A DNA stretch of 64,000 nt from Dicyema japonicum (lineage: Eukaryota; Animalia; Dicyemida): the NCBI GenBank assembly GCA_011109175.1, contig RDEW01000043.1:310001-374000 (forward strand), read 5' to 3'. Positions 40,390 through 53,520 of this stretch are shown here, piece after piece (the stretch's first letter is position 1; the number at the start of each line of letters is the position of its first letter). A program made the translations under genes and the position numbers. The notes beneath the pieces are model-generated. The model did no database searches and was not told the DNA's origin. It saw only the letters and a list, made by a program, of their open reading frames with translations.

Positions 40390-40625
40390 CCTCTTAGGCA
40401 GGACGCACATCTGAGAAGGAAAGAGCAACCATGCTAATTAATCGTAGTAATGAGCCCAAGACATCGAGTGTTCTAAACTTCTTTCCTCTTTGGTTGCATG
40501 TGAGTCCCTGAAGACAATCTGGTTCCGCAGTGATGAATCACTGAAGACGTGATCACTCGTAGATCCAAGAACCATCGAAGATGAGTGGAACCATCAATCG
40601 AAATGGACACCAGAGGGACCCGAAA
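40390..40625 (-). mobile_element. SINE family A divergent copy
   Basis: gtgagtcc..ggttccgcagtgat..atcactg..gacg..actcgt..ggaacc. Confidence 0.6.
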
Positions 40626-40731
40626 CCATTTGGATTTTTTTTAATTTTTATTTAATTAAAATCAAAATATTTATATAGTCACTAAAATATAACCCAGGTT
40701 GAGCAACTATTAATCAAATATTTAGTCGCAA

Positions 40732-41480
40732 ATGGATGATCCCAAAGAAATGTCGGTGGCTGGGACCTATTTGGATGAATGTGTGTTGGAGAAGATATTT
40801 CCAAATGATGTACTAAACAACGAAATAATTGATGAAAGTGAAAAATTCATATTAGAGACTGGGGAAACATTGGGTGTCATCTCTTTAACCTTAAAAACAC
40901 TTGCACAACGAGGGACCAATATACACACATGACGGAATGACTTATCACAACATTTTAATTGAAGATGACCTTCCCTCAATTGTCAGTCTGGTGGGCAAAA
41001 AACCTATCTGAACCATATTCTAAGATAACTACAAGTATTTTCTGTTCCTGTGGCCCGACTACTGCTTGATAGTTGCCTTGCTACTCATTCCAGGCCAAAA
41101 ACTCAGAAGGGGAATGTGTGGCCGTTATAATCTGTCGAGTTCAGAATCACTTCTCAGACCGGTCCTGTTACTCAAAGAAGGAGGAAAAGAGGTGCTACAT
41201 AGCCATGCTGGTGTGGATGCAGCTTATCGTCGCCGAAGAATTGGTATTTTTCACTTTTTCTCAAATTTGTCGAAATTTTGTATTTTTAGGGAAAACGCTG
41301 GTCGACCTGATCATCAAACAAGCAAAGCAAAACAACTGCGACGTCATATTTCTGGAGACTGACTGCCACAATGAGGTCTCCCTGAAGATGTACGAAAGCC
41401 TTGGTTTCATCCGCGACAAATTTCTCTTGAATTACTACTCATCCGCTCTCTCAGCTTATCGCTTAAAATTTTACCTTTGA
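40732..41480 (+). CDS. NAA30: N-alpha-acetyltransferase 30 (NatC catalytic subunit, Mak3-like); frameshifted as assembled; alternative start 40937
   Basis: LSEPYS..TYKYFL..WP..CL, CYIAML.VD..YRRRRIG..LV, IFLETD..N..SL.MYESLGF.RDK.L.NYY..AYRLK.YL. Confidence 0.85.
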
Positions 41481-42179
41481 TTATAAATTTTTATCAGCCT
41501 AAGTCAGTTATTCATTGGATTGCCTTGAAATGTTGCATTATTGAGTTCACCGTGAATTTTTGTACGTTTGAAGGAGTTATCCTTCATCATAACAAACTAG
41601 GGCCTTTTACTAGCCCATGCGACTGCTAAGCTAATGAATGTTATTAAGGAATTTATAATCCGATATGCCGGGAAACGTTAACAGCGGAATTAAGTGTATC
41701 CAGTTTTCACGGTCGTTTCAAGAAAAAACCACAACTGCGAAATTCCTCGAGGAATGGCGAGTTGAGTCGAAGGGAGCAAATTATTGGTGGATCACATAAC
41801 GCCACGACAATTGAACGAAGAAAAGGCACTGGGAATAGGAAGAGAACCTTAGCTCAGTCTATGTTACAGATCTGATATCTTAACCACTAAGCTACCTGGA
41901 TTTTAAGGATATTCTGGCCATACCAGCTAGAACTATGAGCATACTAGCACAAATGGGCTTTCTCCCTAGTGTAAACCTTCCCATGATTGGGGGATACGTA
42001 CTGAATGCGATGGAAGTAACTCGATGAAATTTAAGAACATAAATTCTAAATCATCCATAAAAAAGTTACTTAGAAATCTATCCGGAATTTAGACCTTTGA
42101 GAGACGCAATGTGAGAATAAAATACACGAGTTCTATTGTCTCATATACCGCTTTTATTCTTAAAATATCATGAAACTAA

Positions 42180-42900
42180 GTGATTTCTTAAGAGACTACG
42201 TAGCCAAACGTTACAATGATTTCTATGGTCCTTTAATTCATGGTCTTAATTACTAGTGATTTCAGTCAGTTTTTAAATTTTATTGATTATTCCTAAGATG
42301 TGGGTAGTCAGAATCCAAAACGTGTCAAATGAGAGAATTTTTGATCTGATACGGTGATTCCTGATGATATGGCCCAAGCAGTAAGTTTTCGTTCCTGAGC
42401 ACATCAACATGGTAACTTACAAAAAAAGCTACAAAATGCTTAAAGATATTCATTTCATAGTTTTAGGTCTGCATGACCTCGATAACTAGCTCATCCTCTC
42501 GTACAAGTGCACCTGAAATATGGGTGCAGGACACGTGATCTCCTATTTGATCAGAAATTGTGATTCATTCAATCGGTAAAATCAAATCTGTTAGATTTAC
42601 GTTAAGGTTTACAGAAATTGTTCTTCCTGTGAAAATTGTAATTAGACTGGTGGAGTAATTACTTGAAAAAAAGAATAAAATCTCATTTTATCTATTCAAG
42701 TGAATGACTTGTTCATGTCTCGTTTGAAATCATACAATCCGACTGTCTTAAAGATGCCAGGCGCTTGGCTGGCATTCAAAAATGATCTCTCTTCCCAACT
42801 TAGCTTAAAGAGCTTCAAAAACTTCAGATACAGATAGACCTGTTGTCTGTAAGAACACGTGTTACTAGGACCACGAAAACCGGATGTCCTTTAATTAGAT
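42180..42900 (-). mobile_element. Degenerate RTE-like RT C-terminal relic
   Basis: LGHIIR motif in a stop-ridden frame; weak. Confidence 0.3.
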
Positions 42901-43149
42901 GTTAATTAACTCAAATACCTCGTTTAATAGGTTTTTCGGTTAGTAAATGAGTACTAAGGCAATATATAATTAGCCGTCAATGATTAGTAATGTTTTCATT
43001 ACTCAAACCTCAGCTTAGGCGGTACTCACGCTTTATTTAAAAATAAGAGCAGTCATGCTAATTAATCCAAGGCATTAATTCAAGACATTGAAATGTTGTT
43101 GATTTTTCTTTCTTTTCTTTTTTGCCTGAGTGTGAGTCCCACCATCGAT

Positions 43150-43960
43150 CGCATCGCTAATCAGCTGAAATGTCAGATATTACCTACCGTCTGATCACCC
43201 GATCATTATTGATGTTTGTTTATTTTCACTGCGCACAACGATCAGGCGGACCTTCGCAAAATAAGGAAAACGACTTGGGATAATTTTAAGGCAGAAATAG
43301 AAAGGTCATTGGAAACTTCTCTATGTAGAAATTCACCTCTCCAGATGAAGCCGTGACCTTTTTCAAGTCTGTTATATTGGCGTCTGACAAGAAATTAATC
43401 CTCAAAGGTTTCATCAGGGACTACATGCCCTATTTTAATAATGAAATCCTCCACCTAATTCGTGAAAGGAGACGGTTACTGAAATCGAAGGTCACATTCC
43501 AATGTTGAAAGATACTCGACCAAAGAGAGTCCAACCACCACGATGTACGAGGGTCATATCTAACTTCCCGTAATGGTAATCCACGACTTGATCCAAAATA
43601 CGCTATACTCTTCCTGACAAAGGCCCTGATGACCTATGTATCCTCCACTTGAAACACCTCTGATCCAAAGGACTCAATGCTCTCAAGACCATTTATGAAT
43701 TCTCATTCAATTCATGTTTTATTCCTATGTTATGATAAAAATCGAAAATTACCCATGTGATCAAAAAAACAACAAGGATTCCCCGTCCTTCCTCCTACAG
43801 AACTATATCTCTTACCTCAGCTGTATCGAAAATTTTGAAAAAAATAGTCTTGAACGAGATTTGAGGCCATCTCAACCTTTCGTCAGCTTGATCGGGATTA
43901 GCGCTTCAGTACTGCTTCTTCCGAGGCCGTCAGAGTTAACTTTCTAGTTTACAATGTGGA
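43150..43960 (+). mobile_element. Degenerate LINE linker/RT fragments
   Basis: KTTWDNFK, DKKLI.KG, YISYLSCIENFEK (approximates PISLLS.I.K.FE). Confidence 0.5.
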
Positions 43961-44559
43961 CATCATCCGTCTCTGGTTGAGAGAGAAATTTTCAAGCTTA
44001 AAAATCCGATACAATTTTATTGTCAAAAAAAGAGATTAATTTGTTCCACGTTTTAATTTAACAACAAATTCAGTTGCCAACATTCTCCGACTTCTTTGCA
44101 ATCTCCTTTTCTCGCTTAAAGATTCACTTAAATCTTCATTCTCTAAATAATTCTCAATAATATCTCCACACTCATAACTGAACATAATCAAAAACTATAC
44201 TTCAATGCACACCCACAAAATTCTGATTCCTCCAAAGAATGTCCAGTTTCAACGATTTCCCCCCCAAAGCCTTTACTTTCTTTATGAGAATCTCCAGATT
44301 TAAGGGGACTAGATTCATTATTAGCGTCTAATAGTAAGAAACACGTGTGACTATTAATTTCAATTTTTATATTTTCATATTTTTCAGACTTTATGAGGTC
44401 GATTAAATGCTTGTAATAAGGATTCAGGGGATCATCAAAATCGAGAAAATGCAGTTTATTCCCCCTTTTTGCATTTTCGTGAATACTTCCATTTGAACAT
44501 CCCCACGAAGGAATTCCGCTGTTTTTAAAATCAGATTGTGCTGTTTCACAGTTTGAGGC

Positions 44560-44900
44560 TATTATTATTCATTTATGTTAACCAATTTTATTCCCTGGGG
44601 AACATTCATTGAGGCAACCAAAACAAATGGAGGAGAGTCTTCTTCGGGTTTCGGGAAATCCTCAGTTGGTGGTTGAAGAGGGAATTTTTTATTCTTCTCT
44701 GTAATGCAGTCTGACTTCGAATACAAATCTCTATATCGTTCATAGTCACAGAGGTCTTCAGTTTCCTTGGTAGATTCATTAGTAGGGCATCCGTAGAATT
44801 CGTCAACCTCTGTGAGGTATCCACGACAGTCATATCTTTAAGTAAATATTATTCATAGCCTAATTAATGCATCAATGTGAGTACAATAAACAATACCTGT
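44560..44900 (-). mobile_element. Degenerate RT fragment
   Basis: NVPQG motif at about 44600 on the minus strand. Confidence 0.35.
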
Positions 44901-45734
44901 CGATCATGTTAGAACAGTCACCCATCCATGGTATTAGGTGTCGTTCTGTCTCAATGTAATGTCTCTTTACTTGGTCGTTGTAATATTTGCACTCATACCC
45001 AAAGACAATCAAATCACTACTCATCTACTTATTGAAAAAGTTTTGCATTTAATTAAAATTATTCAATTCAATAAATTAATTTTTAAAAGAAAGTCTTTAT
45101 TATTTAAAATTTTTGTTTTCTTTGTCTGCAGGTTGAATAAGGATAATCATTTTATTAGATACGGTAACATAGTGGGTAGTGCTGGCTCCCGCGTCGCGAT
45201 TAGCTGTAAGATTCCCACACCGCAACCTACTTGTTCGGAAGAGTTTTTTCTGTTCTTTGCCTTTTTCAATATGTAAGAGACGCCATGGGATACACCTTAC
45301 TCGCTCAGTGTCCGTCCGGCATCCAAAAAGAATGCCTCTATTTACATAGGAGGGATGCCTACTATGGTGGTTATGGGTGGACGTGATGCTTGCAAAGGAT
45401 GTGGCCCACCTTTACCGTGGGAATTGGATATAATTTAATTAGACGTTAACTAAATTTCACTATATTATTAAACATAACCATGTACAGGAGGATAAAGTGC
45501 TCGCTAATCTCGATTGAAATCATGGAACCTCAATGTACCTGGAAGCCCCCAGCTAATTGTCACGAAGAACTTTTCCTCCGTCACTCCTCGGTTCCCTGCA
45601 CGAACAAGGACTTCTTACCGATGGTCCTGGATGATAGCATCAACCTCAAATAAACTTCTAAAATCCTTTGTCCATTTTCAAATTTAATTTTTTGAATTTA
45701 TTACCACGAATACATTGATAAGGGTTAATAGATA

Positions 45735-45995
45735 AAGGCTGAAGAGCAGAGAGAACTTCCAATATCACACACAAGTCCATCCAACGTAAAAAGATATAAC
45801 GTCCAGGCAATCTAATTGTGGGAACCACTCAATGATCCTTTTTAGTGCAATCCTGGTATTAGGCATCGCCAGTTGCTAGAAAGTGAGCGAGCAGAAAGAT
45901 ATGAAAAACGAGAAACCTTCGACCAATAGTCTGGATTGTCATATCCAATGATCATTGTTATAAGCATGACATCCTAACAAATAAGCTACATGGTC
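45735..45995 (-). mobile_element. SINE family B divergent copy
   Basis: aacttccaatatcacacacaagtcc..aatgatccttt is the reverse complement of the family B core. Confidence 0.55.
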
Positions 45996-46114
45996 TATTA
46001 ATGAAAAAATAAAATAATCCACTTCGAATAGTATTACTGGGCAAAAATAAAATACTAAAAAAGAAGATAAATTTTGAATTTAATTAATAAATTATTGAGT
46101 AAAAATAAATAGTT

Positions 46115-46831
46115 ATGTGTAAGGCTTCACATTATATTTACAATGAATATGTTGATATCGAAGACGACAATGACCACAACGAATTTAAAAACCACACTGA
46201 CTTTTATTCGGAATCATCCGCTCGAACGTCAATTTCTAAGTTGTGGTTCTTAAATTCAAATAGAACATTCGCCTGCTTTTTAAATCAGGGGGATGGAGGG
46301 ACTATCCATTTGGGGATCACGGAATTGGGGAGAGTAGAAGGAATACCAATGGATCATGACAAAGTTAGTTTTGGTTACATTCAGGCCGATCATATTCTGC
46401 TCAATCTTCACGACATGTGCCTTCGATACACTCCTCGAGTTTCTCAGAAAATGTACTCTCTCGAATTCGTCCCAGTACTCAATAAAGAAGAAGATAAAAT
46501 GAAGGTCCCTTCTTTCGTTCGTAGGTGTTTTTCTTGAGTCACTGTAGATCAGTGACGGGTAGCGAAAAACATCACATCTTCCGCGGAAAATCATGCTTTT
46601 GTGTGAGAGAAGTCGTTTGTCCCCAGTAAATCCTAGAATACTCCATACAGATGTGTGGTCAGAATACATGTCATAAAATGGGAGGCAAGTATAGAGCCTA
46701 GTTTGAACGCGACAAAATGTTGCCTACCACCGGTTTATGAGAACGAGGATGGGGATATCATTATAAGAGTCGGGAATTCAGTCAAAAAGGTGATTTATGA
46801 CTTTAGTGGTAGATTAGTAACGATGACTTGA
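46115..46831 (+). CDS. Stand-alone Schlafen/AlbA-2 domain protein (about 216 aa, 4 exons)
   Basis: E..EFK, ACFLN..GGTIHLGI.E.G.VEGI, D.ILL.L.D...Y.P.V...LEFVPV, H..CFC, VYENEDG...R. Introns 46364-46384, 46505-46524 and 46626-46650 give an intact 651-nt frame. Confidence 0.75.
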
Positions 46832-47059
46832 TTCAGCGCACGAAATATCTCGTTTATAAGCAATATTCTGATCAATTGCAAAGGTTCTCTAAAATGAGAT
46901 ATTTTTAGTCTTCGGGGGTCTTATTATGAAAGATATACCTGATCTGCCCTTAGTAAACTTTTATTTCATGTACAATTAAAGATTTGTCATTTGTGCTTTA
47001 TGTTTAAAGTATAATGGATAGATACTATTCTAAGATTGTAGTTGTGACTCACGTGGTAA

Positions 47060-47300
47060 TTAGTTGAAAGGTTGAGGTGGTGACGTACCTTTATTGTACG
47101 AGTTTTCCACTTAGTTTCATGGTGGATGAGAGCTTATGTCTTTCTTCTTGTGAGCATGGACGAGGTGATGGACTCAGGAGACAGGTTACGAACAGAAGAA
47201 CTGTCGAATGTAAGTAGGAGCAGGACTAGAATCTCGACCACCCAAATTGAAAGAATATATCAGAAGCTGCACCCTATGGGATGATAATTCTAAAGGTCGT
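47060..47300 (+). mobile_element. SINE family C copy
   Basis: aggttgaggtggtgacgtacctttatt..gatggatga..ggactca..gtaggagc..gaatctc; matches 58490. Confidence 0.65.
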
Positions 47301-47309
47301 AGAAATAGA

Positions 47310-47612
47310 GACTTTCCAATACTACAAGTCCATTCAGAAACAATAGAAAAGATAACGTCCACTCCTTGCACCGTGGGAGCCTATTCACTGGTGGGAAAGG
47401 AAATGATTCTTTGTCGCGCCACCCTGACACTGGACCCCATCTGAGACAGGTGATAACATGACGCCATTCTAGTAGAAAAGGGGAGAAAGGGACAGACGAA
47501 ACAAACAGAAATCTTAAACAAAATAGTCACATGACACCTCGGTAATGTCGGCACCATGGATACAATTAATTAGTTGCTAACTGTTAACTTTCTCCGTGTA
47601 TCCGGCGTTAAT
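47310..47612. mobile_element. SINE family B: minus-strand body (47310-47555) abutting a plus-strand tail (47553-47612)
   Basis: Reverse complement of the core, then GGATACA..TGTATCC hairpin plus (TAA)n. Confidence 0.65.
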
Positions 47613-48639
47613 AATAATTATAAAAAACGTTATATTTCAAAAGAAAAAACGTTATATTTTTTTTGTGATCACATGTGTAGAATAATTCAATAAATGGTTT
47701 TATACGAGATTAAAATTAATCTTTTCACGTGAAGTTCGTTTTAGTCGAGACTAAGGCGCCACCTGAGATCAGCGCCTTGAAATCGTTGACTCCATGGACG
47801 AATGAACTCTGTGTGGACACTCATCTATTAGTGGGAAAAAAGTTCGGGTTCTATTTGCTTAAACCATGTATATCCTATGTTTTTTCGTTCAGAAATTTTG
47901 TATATTCAATCTCTTCTGAGTTGATCATTTTTCCATTTATATAAGAAGAAATGGAAATAGAGGTTACATCAGCTTTGAAGAGAGATGGACACTTCGTGCA
48001 CAAGTTACCACCTCAACCTTCCGACCAATCAATCGGATGATTTTCAAAGTACGCCCACGAAACTACAAATTTCACTACCAGTCACATTGTGGTAATTTTA
48101 GTGGAATAAAAATTATCACTAAAAACAAGAAAGATTTGACAGAATAAATAAAATTAAAATGTCTTAAATTTAATGAGTGGGCTAATTTTTATTTTTTTAT
48201 TTTTGATAATGTTTTCTCACAAACTTAAGTTGTAACAAGTTTCTTTATTTCAGAATTATAATCGAATAAACAACAATCCAATGAAGTTTCTTCTGTGTTT
48301 CTTTCACAATGAATTTTCTGCATGTAAATAAGCTCTAATTATAACTTACTTGTTATCTCATTGAGGATTTTAAAGGTTGAAATTAATTCTCAATTTTATT
48401 GAAATCTGAAAATCCTTCGAAAAACTGTTTTTTACTCTTTAGTGATCACTAGGACAACCGTTTGCTGCTATAAAATAATAATAATAAAAATGCACAAAAT
48501 TTTGGTATTTGATAAAAATACATAAAATAAACTGCTATTTTTTGCTATCTCTATTTTTATTTACAATTATGTAAAATAATAATATTTTTTTCAGTACCAA
48601 CAACATGGAATCCGGTACCAATGGTTTCATCGGATCCTA

Positions 48640-49330
48640 GGGCGTTCTTTGTTTCCTGTATGCAGCAAATGTCGATTTTGTAACGGGACAGATCTTCGGA
48701 TAATAGTTTTCTCTTGATCAGAGATGAGAGGCCACGAACATTGTATGTGGAAAATGCTGGCTACCATATACTTCAAAAAATGTACCAAATTTGGATAAGG
48801 AAAAAACATGTATCACTGAAACTTCGTGTCAGACTATACGACACGTTTGTTAAACCAATTTTGCTATACAATTCCGGAACATGGGCATGTTTTCTAAAAT
48901 TGATTTAGAAAAGCTAGATACTTTTCACAGGAACAACTCCGCATGTTGATTGGAATTTTTTGGCCGAGAAAAATCTCAAATGAAAATCTATATTCACGAT
49001 GTAAATCCAGACCACTCAGCACCGATGTTATTTTATCGAGATGGCGACTATTTGGACATATCCTCAGACTGGATTCGACTACGGCATGTAACAGAATAAT
49101 GGAAGAATATTTCTACTACGCCGGAAGTCGCGGATTTCGAGGCAGACCAAGAAACACACTTCCAACCTGCTTAAAAGATGACTACGAACAAAATAGTCGT
49201 AAATTGGTGACAGCGGACGATCTGGATAATGTTCGAATGAGGGCCAGGAACAAGATGGCGAGGAGGATGGCTGCAAAACATGGCTCAAGCGAACCTCTTT
49301 TAGGGCCACGCGAAAGAGCTAACTAATAAT
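48640..49330 (+). mobile_element. RTE-like LINE RT C-terminal fragment
   Basis: RVRLY.TFVKPILLYNSGTW, LDTFHR..LR.LIGI.WP..ISNE.LY, RWRLFGHILR, RGRPRNTL. Confidence 0.85.
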
Positions 49331-49569
49331 ATTTTTTACTCGACACGTATTATTTATACTTGCTGGTTGATGTTTATATGGTCACGAACAAGAAATATCA
49401 AGAGTCTGCAGTCAACCTTGATTGGGAACTCTTTTGTTCAAGTTGTTCGATTGAACTATTCGTCTTCTTGATTGTTCATGTATTTAAAACCAAGATTCAT
49501 CTACGAATTAAAAGGGAATACGTGGAGATATTGACGAATTAATATCTGGAATAAATGCCTCGGTTGTAA

Positions 49570-49646
49570 AAAATCAAAAATTTGACAACCAACCACCTGA
49601 CTCGGATCCTACTTCAAATTCAAAAAATTTGACAGCCAACCACCTA
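49570..49646. repeat. About 30-bp direct duplication
   Basis: aaa(t)caaaaatttgaca(a/g)ccaaccacct occurs twice, about 47 bp apart. Confidence 0.6.
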
Positions 49647-50039
49647 CTTTCATCAGATGAGATAGTTGGTTGAGTGCGGCAAAAAATACTACCCTTAAAA
49701 TTTTTCGAAATAGTTTGAATTGTTTTCAGAATTTAGTGGCGACGGAATTACCGTGAAAGGCAAGGATTTAGTGTTTATTTTAGGCAAAAAACTCTTTACT
49801 ATGCTCGACACTGAACTATTGCAGCTAATTATTTGCTATTTAAAAAAATTATATTTTACGGTCGCCCTAGTGATCACGGAAATTTGAGGTCAACATTTTA
49901 AAGTCCTCTTCTTCAAACTGTGCTTTAAATAATGATATCTTTCTCCAAAATTTGTGATTTTTCTGTATTTTCAATAAAGTTATTTCTTCCTGTTGTTTTA
50001 AGGTTATATTTATTCACGTGGAAAGTAATATCAATCGAG

Positions 50040-50295
50040 GGTTTATTGATCGGAAGGTTGAGATTTAGAGATACCCACAATTCTACTCCAGCTGATGATG
50101 GATGATAACCTTTCGTTTACATCGTAAGCACTGAGGAAGTGGCGGACTCAAGAGAACTCGAAGTTCTGAACAAAGAATTTTCAGATCTACAAAGTTCGAA
50201 TACTGTCCTACACAATATTAATAAACTTGGGGAATCATCCGTCGGAAGGTGTATGTAGTGATTGATTCTGTGCATGTTGCTAATGAATTTTTGAA
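50040..50295 (+). mobile_element. SINE family C copy
   Basis: gatcggaaggttgag..gatggatga..ggcggactcaagagaact.gaagttctgaacaaag..aaacttgg. Confidence 0.6.
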
Positions 50296-50489
50296 AAATA
50301 TCGATGTCTTCCGCAAAATGTTGCTGATGTAAGATGCAGTGTATCCTGAATGTTGAAGTTCATCCAATTCGATTTCTATAAGTATACTTTTTATTAAAGA
50401 CAACAAAAATATTTATTAAGATCTTAGTATTAATCGCCGACATCAATGAGATTTTGGTTCTCACGATAGCAATTTTTTTATTATTTTAA

Positions 50490-51540
50490 ATTCAAGACCA
50501 CGGTAAAACCAAACTAATTATCACGTGATCCCGATGCATTCTAAAAGAGACCTCATCTTTGCCTGGTGTTCTTAGTTCGTGCCCGCGCATGAACGTAAAG
50601 GACGGCTGTCTGAATTTTTCAGGGCCACTTCCCGTGATCTGGAGTCTAGTCTCATAAGGGCCTCCAGAGGCGTAGGTCCGGTTTAGTGATCTTCACAAAT
50701 CCAACGCTCCGTTACTCTGTAAGCCCACTTTTGCATTTCCTCAATTTTCCTCATATTTGTCCAATAGATGACGGTCCCCACGAGGCGCATACATATGAGA
50801 AACATGGCTCGATGTACTGTTTGTACACGTTCATCAAGACTGAGTGAGTACCACTCTTCCATATTCCCGATAAACTTCTCAATACGTTCAGTTTCTTCTC
50901 GCATTTCAATAGAATGTTTTCTACGTGTGGTGTCAAACAGAGATGCATATCAATTGTCACACCCCAAGATCTTGGATCTCTCAATTTTTGAATCCATGTT
51001 TAAAAGACCTCTCTGGTAAAAAATTCTTTTATTCTCCTGAGCACAAGCCTCTCCAGGATTTTTGACATGGAACATAGTAGTGACACCGGTTTAAAAGACG
51101 CTGGGTCATCTTTCGGTCTTCCTGGTTTTAGTATTGGCCGTAATATGCCTGTTTCCATAATAATGGTATCACATTCTGGTTAATCGAATAGCTGAAAACC
51201 GACGTAAGGAAAGTGACTCCCCCGTCTCCAAGATTTTTTAATAAAATAACAGGAGTGTTGTCTGGTCCGTGGGAGTATTTCGTTTTTACGGAATGTATTA
51301 TATCCCTCACTTTTCTCTCCGAAAAGAAGAGTGGTTCTGATAGTCTCTTTAGTTTCCTGCGTGATGGTAGTGTATCAGACTTCATTTGCTCCTTGTGAGA
51401 AATTTTAGTATAGAATTTTATCAAGTTGTTTACATCTCTTTGATCATAATCTTCCTCTGTTGAAATTTCATCGCCTTTTGCCACATTTCGAATAGCTTTC
51501 CACACCTCAATTAGGATCAACATGAAGAGGTACCGGGTTT
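50490..51540 (-). mobile_element. Degenerate LINE RT and 3' end
   Basis: GPDN.P..LLK, WGVTID.HL..H, VYKQYIEPCFSYVCASW, 3' GGATCACG..CGTGGTCT hairpin. Confidence 0.85.
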
Positions 51541-51779
51541 TACTAACGTTATGGTTTGGCCAGACTCTTGCAGAAAAAATAATGCTTATAAATTTTTTTT
51601 CAGAAAATATTCTACTGACTGTAGTTTGTCGATCTCTGGAATCGAATATGGTTTTTCCTAGTGGTTTGGTCGGATGGTTAAACTGATGACGTAGCTCTTG
51701 CGCACTATGGCATAACTATAGTACACTTAATGCTTATATTTCCTCAATATAAAGAGTATATAAAAAAATAAAACCGCAC

Positions 51780-52070
51780 TTTTCGGGAGAACCATATTAC
51801 CTATAGCTCCACTCAGACTATTGGAGTAACGAACAGTCAGGATAACTAATCGTAGAACGGGAGAACCAATGATCTTCACTTCTTTTTCGTAAGTCCTTGT
51901 AGAGGATCCGGTTCCGCAGTGAAGTATTCACTACTGACGGCTTCACTCGTCAATCCAAAGCATCGTAGATGAACGGGACTTCAGTCGGAATGTACAGTAG
52001 CGAAATACTAACCAGAGGTTATCAGGGCTTTTACTCGACACTTATGACGCTTTGACACTCCGCCATGAGG
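51780..52070 (-). mobile_element. SINE family A near-full copy
   Basis: Colinear with 33670 and 60180. Confidence 0.72.
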
Positions 52071-52929
52071 GTATGTGAATGAATTAAAACTTTGTGGTTT
52101 ATCGTTTAGGTGCTATTAAGATAAAGTTCTTTTAAAATTCCAAACTGAGAGGCGATTTTAATTTTTATTTTTTATGCTAAAAAGCATTGTAAAAATGTAA
52201 ATTCATGAAATTAACATAAAAATGAGATTTCGAAAAAAATTATCTCCGATCTCATATTTTCAAATTACTCAGAAATTTTTTTTGTGAATTTCGATAAAAG
52301 TAGCTCCCAATGCGGTTCAGACTTTCCTCTGAAAACTTGATATATTGAATTTTATCCCTTACTTCATTAACTGAGCTGACAATTAACATTAAGCGATTAG
52401 TCTGGTAGGCAATTGGTACTCCAAAAGACGATAATCACTCTGAGGACCTTCAAAACAAATTATTGATAGATTCCCGAAAAAATACAACGAAAACATCTCC
52501 TAAAAGAACTTTAAATGGGATACCAAACAATTTTGTTAACTTAGTAGCGTATACATTCTCTTTCATGTCAAAGTCATTGTGATTCGAAACTGACCAATAA
52601 AACGAATCGTGTCAAATTGGAGTTCTAATGCATGGATTGTCAAATGCTGTTATCAAATTACGCACTCTGATGGAAAATTACAACTACGCAGAGAAATTGA
52701 AAAAATCATAAATTTTACTAATGGTAAAAGTGTTTTAGGATTTCTGTCAGAATTTTGAAATTGCATCTTTATATGGTCGTCAATATTGTTTTCTTTTTCT
52801 TTCTAATCTATAATTATTAGCAACATTGGATCTCGGGACTAAGACCAAGCAATTGTGCTTAAAGAGGCAATCGACGGCCGTATAGTCCCTCATAATTTGT
52901 CGTTGATTCTTGGTTTTAAATAAATAAAT

Positions 52930-53160
52930 CATATTAACTTTCACCCTATATAAGCAGGCTCTGAAATGATCATCCAAATTCTTTCCCGGATCCTACTTGC
53001 ACGAGAAGCATGTTCAGAACTTCCGGTTTTTAATGTCTGTCTCTTCAGTCCGTCTCTTGGACGTTTACTAGAAGAAAGAAGACAAAAACTTGTAGGCAGA
53101 ACATACACTTTATTAGAGTAAATAACAGTTATACAAACTAATCGTTGAAAAGGAGGTAGT
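52930..53160 (-). mobile_element. SINE family C fragment (52930-53070) and family A fragment (53100-53160)
   Basis: ggatcctacttgc..gttcagaacttc; cactttattagagtaaataacagttat. Confidence 0.5.
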
Positions 53161-53307
53161 TATAATTTCCTCTCCCTCTGCACAAGATCATCTAAAAATC
53201 ATCATACAATTGTTAAGTTTTGCTTTATAGCTTTGTAATTACCAAATCAGATAATATGTAGTCGATTATTTGTACAATCTTTGATTAATCGATCATTTAT
53301 GATTTTT

Positions 53308-53520
53308 TAGCCACGTGGCGCCATGTGGTGCTAATTGGTTGAAGTTTTCTGCATTTGTTTTCTGTTCCTCCTCTTGCTTTTCATATTAGAATGGCGTCAT
53401 GTGATCCACCTGTTAGGTGGCACCCAGTGCCAGGCTGGCACGAAAAGGGATCATTTGCTCTTCCACACTCCACTGGAGGGGATTCCACATTTCACTGTGT
53501 TCATCGGTTAACTATTTTCA
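53308..53520 (+). mobile_element. SINE family B copy (head and core)
   Basis: gccacgtggcgccatgtgg..tcatgtgatccacctg..aggtggcacccagtgcc..ggatcattt. Confidence 0.7.

Noticed and set aside
41590-41660. U5 snRNA loop-1 motif GCCTTTTAC
   Set aside because: The flanking U5 stem, internal loops and Sm site are not present; the context resembles an RTE-type 3' end.
45165-45240. HDV-like ribozyme (ggctcccgcgtcgc)
   Set aside because: No P1 partner or P1.1 GG; the L3 geometry does not fit.
48442-49877. 19-bp inverted match flanking the RTE fragment as TIRs
   Set aside because: Similarity does not extend beyond 19 bp, no TSD was seen, and it contains the common GTGATCAC palindrome.
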